Assembly (NCBI GenBank): GCA_964016885.1
Contig: OZ024740.1
Span: 406,658,001-406,722,000, forward strand
Direction of reading: 5' to 3'
DNA from: Eledone cirrhosa
Lineage: Eukaryota
DNA length: 64,000 nt
Positions 38,221-50,102 of the stretch are shown here, piece after piece (within the stretch, counting starts at the first letter, position 1; every line of letters starts with the position of its first letter). The position numbers and the translations under genes are program-made. The notes below the pieces were generated by a model. It saw only the letters and a list, made by a program, of their open reading frames with translations, was not told the DNA's origin and did no database searches.

Positions 38221-41200
38221 ATTCCGTTATTAGTTAGTAGTCATTAGCTAGTAGTCATTGTGGATTCCCTCATTAGTTAGTAGTCATTGCGGAATCCGTT
38301 ATTAGTTAGGAGTAGTGGTGGATTCCGTTATTAGTTAGTAGTCGTACTGGATTCCGTCATTAACTAGTAGTCATTGTGGATTCCGTTATTAGTTAGCAGT
38401 CATTAGTTAGTAGTCATTGTGGATTCCGTTATTAGTTAGTAGTCATTGTGGATTCCGTTATTAGTTAGTAGTCATTGTAGATTCCGTTATTAGTTATTAG
38501 TCATTAGCTAGTAGTCATTGTGGATTACGTCATTAGTTAGTAGTCATTGTGGATTCCGTTATTAGTTAGTAGTCATTGTGGATTCCGTTATTTGTTAGTA
38601 GCCATTGTGGATTCCGTTAATAGTTAGTAATCATTAGCTAGTAGTCGTTGTGGATTCCGTTATTAGTTAGTAGTCATTAGCTAGTAGTCATTGTGGTTTC
38701 CATCATTACCTAGTAGTCATTGTGGATTTCGTCATTACCTAGTAGTCATTGTGGATTACGTCATTAGCTAGTAGTCATTGTGGATTTCATTATTAGTTAG
38801 TAGTCATTAGCTAGTAGTCATTGTGGATTTCATTATTAGTTAGTAGTCATTAGCTAGTAGTCATTGTGGATTTCATTATTAGTTAGTAGGCATTAGCTAG
38901 TAGTCATTGTGGATTCCCTCATTAGTTAGTAGTCATTGTGGAATCCGTTATTAGTTAGTAATCATTAGCTAGTAGTCATTGTGGATTCCGTCATTAGTTA
39001 GTAGTCATTGTGGATTCCGTTATTAGTTAGTAGTCATTAGCTAGTAGTCATTGTGGATTCCGTTATTAGTTAGTAGTCATTGTGGATTCAGTTATTAGTT
39101 AGTAGTTATTTAGGATTCCGTCATTCGCTAGTAGTCATTGTGGATTCCGTCATTAGATAGTAGTCATTGTGCAGTCCGTTATTAGTTAGTAGTCATTAAC
39201 TAGTAGTCATTGTGGATTCCGTCATTCGCTAGTAGTCATTATGGATTCCATTATTAGTTAGTAGTCATTACCTAGTACTCATTGTGGATTCCGTCATTAC
39301 CTAGTAGTCATTGTAGATTCCGTCATTAGCTAGTAGTCATTGTGGATCCAGTTATTAGTTAATAGTCATTAACTAGTAGTCATTGTGTATTTAATTATTA
39401 GATAGTAGTCATTAGCTAGTAGTCATTGTGGATTCCCTCATTAGTTAGTAGTCATTGTGGAATCCGTTATTAGTTAGTAGTCATTAGCTAGTAGTCATTG
39501 TGGATTCCGTCATTAGTTAGTAGTCATTAGTTAGTAGTCATTGTGGATTCCGTTATTACTTAGTAGTCATTTTAGATTCCCTTATTAGTTAGTAGTCATT
39601 GTGGATTCCGTCATTTGTTAATAGTCATTAACAACCAGTAATTGTGGATCCGTCATTAGTTAGTAGTCATTAACTAGTAGTCATTGTAGATTCCGTCATT
39701 AGTTAGTAGTCATTGTGGATTCCGTCATCAGTTAGTAGTCATTGTGGGTTCCGTTATTAGTTAGTAGTCATTGGGGATTCCGTCGTTAGCTAGTAGTCAT
39801 TGTGGATTCCATCATTCGCTAGTAGTCATGGAGGATTCCGCTATTAGTTAGTAGTTATTGTGGATTTCATTATTAGTTAGTAGTCATTAGTTAGTAGTCT
39901 TTGTGGATTCCGTCATTAGTTAGTAGTCATTGTGCATTCCGTCATTAGTTAGTAGTCATTAGCTAGTAGTCATTAGCTAGTGGTCATTAGCTAGTAGTCA
40001 TTGTGGATTCCGTTATTAGTTAGTAGTCATTGTGGATTCCGTCATTAGCTAGTAGTCATTGGCGATTCCGTTATTAGTTAGTAGTCATTGTGGATTCCGT
40101 CATTCGTTAGTAGTCATTGTGGATTCCATTATTAGTTAGCAGTCATTGTGGATTCCGTTATTAGTTAGTAGCCATTTTGGATTCCGTTATTAGATAGTAG
40201 TCATTAGCTATTAGTCACTGTGGATTCCGTTATTAGTTAGTACTCATTAGGTAGTAGTCATTTTGGATTCCGCCATTAGTTACTAGTCATTGTGGATTCC
40301 GTTATTAGTTAGTAGTCATTAGCTAGTAGTCATTGTGAATTCCGTTATTAGCTAGTAGTCATTGTGGATTCAGTTATTAGTTAGTAGTCATTAGCTAGTA
40401 GTCATTGTGGATTTCATTATTAGTTAGTAGTAATTAGCTAGTAGTCATTGTGGATTCCCTCCTTAGTTAGTAGTCATTGTGGATTCCATTATTAGTTAGT
40501 AGTCATCAGTTGGTAGCCTTTGTGGATTTCATTATTAGTTAGTAGTCATTAGTTGGTAGTCTTTGTGGATTCCGTCATTAGTTAGTAGTCATTCGCTAGT
40601 AGACATTGTGGATTCCGTTATTAGTTAGTAGTCACTGTGCATTCCGTCATTAGCTAGTAGTCATTGTGGATTCCGTTATTAGTAAGTAGTCATTAGCTAG
40701 TAGTCATTGTGGATTCCGTCATTAGTTAGTAGTCATTGTGGATTCCGTTATTAGTTAGTAGTCGTTGTGGATTCCGTAATTAGCTAGTAGTCATTGTGGA
40801 TTCCGTCATTAGCTAGTAGTCATTGTGGATTCCGTTATTAGTTAGTAGTCATTGTAGATACCGTTATTAGTTAGTAATCGTAGTGGATTCGGTCATTAAC
40901 TAGTAGTCATTGTGGATTCCGTTATTAGTTAGTAGTCATTGTGGATTCCGTTATTAGTTAGTAGTCATTGTAGATTCCGTTATTAGTTAGTAATCGTAGT
41001 GGATTCCGTCATTCGCTAGTAGTCATTGTGGATTCCGTCATTAGTTAGTAGTCATTGTGGATTCCGTTATTAGTTAGTAGTCTTTGTGGATTCCATTATT
41101 AGTTAGTAGTCATTTTCGATCCCATTATTAGTTAGTAGTCATTGTGGATTCCGTTATTAGTAAGTAGTCATTAGCTAGTAGTCATTGTGGATCCCGTCAT

Positions 41201-43459
41201 TAGTTAATAGTGATTAACTACCAGTCATTGTGGATTCGTCATTAGTTAGTAATCATTGTAGATTCCGTTGTTAGTTAGTAGTCATTGTGGATTCCGTTAT
41301 TAGTTAGTAGTCATTGTGGATTTCATTATTAGTTAGTAGTCATTAGTTCGTAGTCATTGTGGATTCCGTCATTAGTTAGTAGTCATTGTGCATTCCGTCA
41401 TTAGTAGGTAGTCATTAGCTAGTAGTCATTAGCTAGTAGTCATTGTGGATTACGTCATTCGCTAGTAGTCATTGTGGATTCCGTTTTTAGTTTGTAGTCA
41501 TTGTGAATTCCGTCATTAGCTAGTAGTCATTGGCGATTCCGTTATTAGTTAGTAGTCATTGTGGATTCCGTTATTAGTTAGTAGCCATTGTGGATTCCGT
41601 TATTTGTTAGTAGTCATTAGCTAGTAGTCACTGTAGATTCCGTTATTAGTTAGTAGTCATTAGCTAGTAGTCATTTTGGATTCCGTCATTAGTTAGTAGT
41701 CATTGTGGAGTCCGTTATTAGTTAGTAGTCATTAGCATGTAGTCATTGTGGATTCCGTCATTAGCTAGTAGTCACTGTAGATTCCGTTATTAGTTAGTAG
41801 TCATTACCTAGTAGTCGTTGTCGATTTCATTATTAGTTATTAGTCATTAGCTAGCAGTCATTGTGGATTCCATCATTAGTTAATAGTCATTGTGGATTCC
41901 GTTATTAGTTACTAGTCATTGTGGATTCCGTTATTAGTTAGTAGTTATTTAGGATTCCGTCATTCGCTAGTAGTCATTGTGGATTCCGTCATTTGTTAGT
42001 AGTCATTGTGGAGTCCGTTATTAGTTAGTAGTCATTAGCTAGTGGTCATTGTGGATTCCGTCATTAGTTAGTAGTCATTGTGGATTCCGTTATTAGTTAG
42101 TAATCATTAACAAGTAGTTATTGTAGATTCCGTCATTAGCTAGTAGTCATTGTGGATTCCGTTATTAGTTAGTAATCATTGTAGATTCCGTGATTAGTTA
42201 GTAGTCATTAGCTAGTAGTCATTGCGGATTCCGTCATTCGCTAGTAGTCATTGTGGATTCCGCCATTAGTTAGTAGTCATTGTGGATTCCGTTATTAGTT
42301 AGTAGTCATTGTGGATTCCGTTATTAGTTAGTAGCAATTGTGGATTCCGTTATTAGTTAGTAATCATTAGCTAGTAGTCGTTGTGGATTCCGTCATTACC
42401 TAGTAGTCATTGTGGATTCCGTCATTACCTAGTAGTCATTGTGGATTCCGTCATTAGCTAGTAGTCATTGTGGATTCAGTTATTAGTTAATAGTCATTAA
42501 CTAGTAGTCATTGTGTATTTAATTATTAGATAGTAGTCATTAGCTAGTAGTCATTGTGGATTCCCTCATTAGTTAGAAGTCATTGTGGAATCCGTTATTA
42601 GTTAGTAGTCATTAGCTAGTAGTCATTGTGGATTCCGTTATTAGTTAGTAGTCATTGTGGATTCCGTTATTACTTAGTAGTCATTTTAGATTCCCTTATT
42701 AGTTAGTAGTCATTGTGGATTCCGTCATTAGTTAATAGTCATTAACAACCAGTCATTGTGGATCCGTCATTAGTTAGTAGTCATTAGCTAGACGTCATTG
42801 TGGCTTCCGTCATTAGTTAGTAGTCATTGTGGATTCCGTTATTAGTTAGTAGTCATTAACTAGTAGTCATTGTGGATTCCGTCATCAGTTAGTAGTCATA
42901 GTGGATTCCGTTATTAGTTAGTTGTCATTGGGGATTCTGTCATTAGCTAGTAGTCATTGTGGATTCCATCATTCGCAAGTAGTCATGGAGGATTCCGTTA
43001 TTAGTTAGTGGTTATTGTGGATTTCATTATTAGTTAGTAGTCATTAGTTAGTAGTCTTTGTGGATTCCGTCATTAGTTAGTAGTCATTGTGCATTCCGTC
43101 ATTAGGTAGTAGTCATTAGCTAGTAGTCATTAGCTAGTAGTTATTAGCTAGTAGTCATTGTGGATTACGTCATTCGCTAGTAGTCATTGTGGAGCCCGTT
43201 ATTAGTTAGTAGTCATTGTGGATTCCGTCATTCGTTAGTAGTCATTGTGGATTCCGTTATTAGTTAGCAGTCAATGTGGATTCCGTTATTAGTTAGTAGC
43301 CATTTTGGATTCCGTTATTAGATAGTAGTCATTAGCTATTAGTCACTGTGGATTCCGTTATTAGTTAGTACTCTTTAGCCAGTAGTCATTTTGGATTCCG
43401 TCATTAGTTAGTAGTCATTGTGGATTCCGTTATTAGCTAGTAGTCATTGTGGCTTCAGT

Positions 43460-46400
43460 TATTAGTTAGTAGTCATTAGCTAGTAGTCATTGTGGATTTC
43501 ATTATTAGTTAGTAGTCATTAGCTAGTAGTCATTGTGGATTCCCTCCTTAGTTAGTAGTCATTATGGATTCCATTATTAGTTAGTAGTCATTAGTTGGTA
43601 GTCTTTGTGGACTCCATCATTAGTTAGTAGTCATTATGGATTCCGTCATTAGTTAGTAGTCATTAGCTAGTAGTCATTGTGGATTCCATCATTTACTAGT
43701 AGACATTGTGGAATCCGTTATTAGTTAGTAGTCATTGTGCATTCCGTCATTAGCTAGTAGTCATTGTGGATTCCGTTATTAGTAAGTAGTCATTAGCTAG
43801 TAGTCATTGTGGATTCCGTCATTAGTTAGTAGTCATTGTGGATTCCGTTATTAGTTAGTAGTCATTGTGGATTCCGTCATTATCTAGTAGTCATTGTGGA
43901 TTCCGTTATTTGTTAGTAGTCATTGTAGATTCCGTTATTAATTAGTAATCGTAGTGGATTCCGTCATTAACTAGTAGTCATTGTGGATTCCGTTATTAGT
44001 TAGTAGTCATTGTGGATTCCGTTATTAGTTAGTAGTCATTGTAGATTCCGTTATTAGTTAGTAGTCATTAGCTAGTAGTCATTGTGGATTCCGTCATTCG
44101 CTAGTAGTCATTGTGAATTCCGTCATTAGTTAGTAGTCATTATGGATTCCGTTATTAGTTAGTAGTCATTGTGGATTCCATTATTAGTTAGTAGTCATTT
44201 TGGATCCCTTTATTAGTTAGTAGTCATTGTGGATTCCGTTATTAGTAAGTAGTCATTAGCTAGTAGTCATTGTGGATTCCGTCATTAGTTAATAGTGATT
44301 AACTACCAGTCATTGTGGATCCGTCATTAGTTAGTAGTCATTGTGGATTCCGTTATTAGTTAGTAGTCATTGTAGATTCCGTTATTAGTTAGTAGTCATT
44401 GTGGATTCCGTTATTAGTTAGTAGTCATTGTGGATTTTATTATTAGTTAGTAGTCATTAATTCGTAGTCATTGTGGATTCCGTCATTAGTTAGTAGTCAT
44501 TGTGAATTCCGTCATTAGTAGGTAGTCATTAGCTAGTAGTCATTAGCTAGTAGTCATTGTGGATTACATCATTCGCTAGTAGTCATTGTGGATTCCGTTA
44601 GTAGTCAGTAGTCATTGTGGATTCCGTGATTAGCTCGTAGTCATTGGCGATTTCGTTATTAGTTAATAGTCATTGTGGATTCCGTTATTAGTTAGTAGCC
44701 ATTGTGGATTCCGATATTTGTTAGTAGTCATTAGCTAGTAGTCACTGTAGATTCCGTTATTAGTTAGTAGACATTGTGGATTCCGCTATTAGTTAGTAGT
44801 CATTAGCTAGTAGTCATTGTGGATTCCGTCATTAGTTAGTCGTGATTGTGGATTCCGTCATTAGTTAGTAGTCATTGTGGATTCCCTCATTATTTAGTAG
44901 TCACTGTGGATTCCGTTATTAGTTAGTAGTCATTGTGGATTCCGCTATTAGTTAGTAGTCATTAGCTAGTTGTCATTGTGGATTCCGTCATTAGTTAGTC
45001 GTCATTGTGGATTCCGTCATTAGTTAGTAGTCATTAGCTAGTTGTCATTGTGGATTCCGTCATTAGTTAGTAGCCATTGTGGATTCCGTTATTAGTTAGT
45101 AGTCATTAGCTAGTAGTCATTGTGGATTTCATTATTAGTTAGTAGTCATTAGCTAGTAGTCATTGTGGATTCCCTCCTTAGTTAGTAGTCATTATGGATT
45201 CCATTATTAGTTAGTAGTCATTAGTTGGTAGTCTTTGTGGACTCCATCATTAGTTAGTAGTCATTATGGATTCCGTCATTAGTTAGTAGTCATTAGCTAG
45301 TAGTCATTGTGGATTCCATCATTTACTAGTAGACATTGTGGAATCCGTTATTAGTTAGTAGTCATTGTGCATTCCGTCATTAGCTAGTAGTCATTGTGGA
45401 TTCCGTTATTAGTAAGTAGTCATTAGCTAGTAGTCATTGTGGATTCCGTCATTAGTTAGTAGTCATTGTGGATTCCGTTATTAGTTAGTAGTCGTTGTGG
45501 ATTCCGTCATTAGCTAGTAGTCATTGTGGATTCCGTCATTATCTAGTAGTCATTGTGGATTCCGTTATTTGTTAGTAGTCATTGTAGATTCCGTTATTAA
45601 TTAGTAATCGTAGTGGATTCCGTCATTAACTAGTAGTCATTGTGGATTCCGTTATTAGTTAGTAGTCATTGTGGATTCCGTTATTAGTTAGTAGTCATTG
45701 TAGATTCCGTTATTAGTTAGTAGTCATTAGCTAGTAGTCATTGTGGATTCCGTCATTCGCTAGTAGTCATTGTGAATTCCGTCATTAGTTAGTAGTCATT
45801 ATGGATTCCGTTATTAGTTAGTAGTCATTGTGGATTCCATTATTAGTTAGTAGTCATTTGGGATCCCTTTATTAGTTAGTAGTCATTGTGGATTCCGTTA
45901 TTAGTAAGTAGTCATTAGCTAGTAGTCATTGTGGATTCCGTCATTAGTTAATAGTGATTAACTACCAGTCATTGTGGATCCGTCATTAGTTAGTAGTCAT
46001 TGTGGATTCCGTTATTAGTTAGTAGTCATTGTAGATTCCGTTATTAGTTAGTAGTCATTGTGGATTCCGTTATTAGTTAGTAGTCATTGTGGATTTTATT
46101 ATTAGTTAGTAGTCATTAATTCGTAGTCATTGTGGATTCCGTCATTAGTTAGTAGTCATTGTGAATTCCGTCATTAGTAGGTAGTCATTAGCTAGTAGTC
46201 ATTAGCTAGTAGTCATTGTGGATTACATCATTCGCTAGTAGTCATTGTGGATTCCGTTAGTAGTCAGTAGTCATTGTGGATTCCGTGATTAGCTCGTAGT
46301 CATTGGCGATTTCGTTATTAGTTAATAGTCATTGTGGATTCCGTTATTAGTTAGTAGCCATTGTGGATTCCGATATTTGTTAGTAGTCATTAGCTAGTAG

Positions 46401-46785
46401 TCACTGTAGATTCCGTTATTAGTTAGTAGACATTGTGGATTCCGCTATTAGTTAGTAGTCATTAGCTAGTAGTCATTGTGGATTCCGTCATTAGTTAGTC
46501 GTGATTGTGGATTCCGTCATTAGTTAGTAGTCATTGTGGATTCCCTCATTATTTAGTAGTCACTGTGGATTCCGTTATTAGTTAGTAGTCATTGTGGATT
46601 CCGCTATTAGTTAGTAGTCATTAGCTAGTTGTCATTGTGGATTCCGTCATTAGTTAGTCGTCATTGTGGATTCCGTCATTAGTTAGTAGTCATTAGCTAG
46701 TTGTCATTGTGGATTCCGTCATTAGTTAGTAGCCATTGTGGATTCCGTTATTAGTTAGTAGTCATTAGCTAGTAGTCATTGTGGA
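43460..46785 (+). repeat. Tandem duplication, unit 1630/1659 bp
   Basis: actccatcat 43611/45241 (offset 1630); tatctagtag 43881/45540 and ccgatatttg 44711/46370 (offset 1659, i.e. one extra 29-mer). Confidence 0.88.
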
Positions 46786-49700
46786 TTCCGTCATTCGCTA
46801 GTAGTCATTTTGGTTTCCATTATAAGTTAGTAATCATTGTGGATTCCGTTATTAGTTAGTAGTCGTTGTGGATTCCGTTATTAGTTAGTAATCATTGTGG
46901 ATCCGTTATTAGTTAGTAGTCATTGTGGATTCCGTCATTAGCTAGTATTCATTGTGGATTACGTCATTAGTTAGTAGTCATTGTGGATTCCGTCATTAGC
47001 TAGTAGTCATTGTGCATTCCGTTATTAGTTAGTTGTCATTAGCTAGTAGTCATTGTGCATTCCGTTATTAGTTAGTAGTCATTAGCTAGTAGTCATTGTG
47101 GATTCCGTCATTAGTTAGTAGTCATTGTGGATTCCTCCACTAGTTAGTAGTCATTGTGGATTCCGTCATTAGCTAGTAGTCATTGTGGATTCCGTTATTA
47201 GTTATTAGTCATCAGCTAGTAGTCATTTTGGATTCCGTCATTAGTTAGTAGTCATTGTGGCGTCCGTTATTAGTTAGTCGTCATTGTGGATTCCGTCATT
47301 AGCTAGTATTCATTGTGGATTCCGTTATTAGTTAGTAGTCATTGTGGATTCCGTTATTAGTAAGTAGGCATTAGATAGTAGTCATTGTGGATTCCGTCAT
47401 TAGTTAGTAGTCATTGTGGATTCCATCATTAGTCAGTAGTCATTAGCTAGTAGTCATTGTGGATTCCGTCATTCGCTAGTAGTCATTGTGGATTCCGTTA
47501 TTAGTTAGTAGCCATTGTGGATTCCGTCATTAGCTAGTAGTCATTGTGGCTTCCGTCATTAGTTAGTAGTCATTGTGGATTCCGTCATTAGCTAGTAGTC
47601 ATTGTGGATTCCGTTATTAGTTAGTAGTCATTGTGCATTCCGTTGTTACTTAATAGTCATTGTGGATTCCGTTATTAGTTAGTAGCCATTGTGGATTCCG
47701 TCATTAGTTAGTAGTCGTTGTGGATTCCGTTATTAGTTAGTAGTCATTAGCTAGTAGTCATTGTGGATTCCGTTATTAGTTAGTAGACATTGTGCATTCC
47801 GTTGTTAGTTAGTAGTCATTGTGGATTCCGTTATTAGTTAGTAGACATTGTGCATTCCGTTGTTAGCTAGTAGTCATTGTGGCTTCCGTCATTAGCTAGT
47901 GGTCATTGTGGATTCCGGTATTCGCTAGTAGTCATTGTGGATTCCGTCATTAGTTAGTAGTCATTGTGGTTTCCGTTATTAGACATTAGCTAGTAGTCAT
48001 TCTGGATTCCGGCATTAGCTAGTAGTCATTGTGGATTCCGTTATTAGTTAGTAGTCATTAGCTAGTAGTCATTGTGGATTCCGGCATTAGCTAGTAGTCA
48101 TTGTGGATTCCGTCATTAGTTAGTAGTCATTGTGAATTCCGTCATTAGTAGGTAGTCATTAGCTAGTAGTCATTAGCTAGTAGTCATTGTGGATTACATC
48201 ATTCGCTAGTAGTCATTGTGGATTCCGTTAGTAGTCAGTAGTCATTGTGGATTCCGTGATTAGCTCGTAGTCATTGGCGATTTCGTTATTAGTTAATAGT
48301 CATTGTGGATTCCGTTATTAGTTAGTAGCCATTGTGGATTCCGTTATTTGTTAGTAGTCATTAGCTAGTAGTCACTGTAGATTCCGTTATTAGTTAGTAG
48401 TCATTGTGGATTCCGCTATTAGTTAGTAGTCATTAGCTAGTAGTCATTGTGGATTCCGTCATTAGTTAGTCGTGATTGTGGATTCCGTCATTAGTTAGTA
48501 GTCATTGTGGATTCCCTCATTATTTAGTAGTCACTGTGGATTCCGTTATTAGTTAGTAGTCATTGTGGATTCCGCTATTAGTTAGTAGTCATTAGCTAGT
48601 TGTCATTGTGGATTCCGTCATTAGTTAGTCGTCATTGTGGATTCCGTCATTAGTTAGTAGTCATTAGCTAGTTGTCATTGTGGATTCCGTCATTAGTTAG
48701 TAGCCATTGTGGATTCCGTTATTAGTTAGTAGTCATTAGCTAGTAGTCATTGTGGATTCCGTCATTCGCTAGTAGTCATTTTGGTTTCCATTATAAGTTA
48801 GTAATCATTGTGGATTCCGTTATTAGTTAGTAGTCGTTGTGGATTCCGTTATTAGTTAGTAATCATTGTGGATCCGTTATTAGTTAGTAGTCATTGTGGA
48901 TTCCGTCATTAGCTAGTATTCATTGTGGATTACGTCATTAGTTAGTAGTCATTGTGGATTCCGTCATTAGCTAGTAGTCATTGTGCATTCCGTTATTAGT
49001 TAGTTGTCATTAGCTAGTAGTCATTGTGCATTCCGTTATTAGTTAGTAGTCATTAGCTAGTAGTCATTGTGGATTCCGTCATTAGTTAGTAGTCATTGTG
49101 GATTCCTTCACTAGTTAGTAGTCATTGTGGATTCCGTCATTAGCTAGTAGTCATTGTGGATTCCGTTATTAGTTATTAGTCATCAGCTAGTAGTCATTTT
49201 GGATTCCGTCATTAGTTAGTAGTCATTGTGGCGTCCGTTATTAGTTAGTCGTCATTGTGGATTCCGTCATTAGCTAGTATTCATTGTGGATTCCGTTATT
49301 AGTTAGTAGTCATTGTGGATTCCGTTATTAGTAAGTAGGCATTAGATAGTAGTCATTGTGGATTCCGTCATTAGTTAGTAGTCATTGTGGATTCCATCAT
49401 TAGTCAGTAGTCATTAGCTAGTAGTCATTGTGGATTCCGTCATTCGCTAGTAGTCATTGTGGATTCCGTTATTAGTTAGTAGCCATTGTGGATTCCGTCA
49501 TTAGCTAGTAGTCATTGTGGATTCCGTCATTAGTTAGTAGTCATTGTGGATTCCGTCATTAGCTAGTAGTCATTGTGGATTCCGTTATTAGTTAGTAGTC
49601 ATTGTGCATTCCGTTGTTACTTAATAGTCATTGTGGATTCCGTTATTAGTTAGTAGCCATTGTGGATTCCGTCATTAGTTAGTAGTCGTTGTGGATTCCG

Positions 49701-50102
49701 TTATTAGTTAGTAGTCATTAGCTAGTAGTCATTGTGGATTCCGTTATTAGTTAGTAGACATTGTGCATTCCGTTGTTAGTTAGTAGTCATTGTGGATTCC
49801 GTTATTAGTTAGTAGACATTGTGCATTCCGTTGTTAGCTAGTAGTCATTGTGGCTTCCGTCATTAGCTAGTAGTCATTGTGGATTCCGGTATTCGCTAGT
49901 AGTCATTGTGGATTCCGTCATTAGTTAGTAGTCATTGTGGTTTCCGTTATTAGACATTAGCTAGTAGTCATTCTGGATTCCGGCATTAGCTAGTAGTCAT
50001 TGTGGATTCCGTTATTAGTTAGTAGTCATTAGCTAGTAGTCATTGTGGATTCCGGCATTAGCTAGTAGTCATTGTGGATTCCGTCATTAGTTAGTAGTCA
50101 TT
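46123..50102 (+). repeat. Tandem duplication, unit 1971 bp
   Basis: gtgaattcc 46161/48132, tggtttccattataag 46811/48782 and agacattagc...tctggattccggc 47981/49952 are all at offset 1971. A few substitutions separate the copies. Confidence 0.9.
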
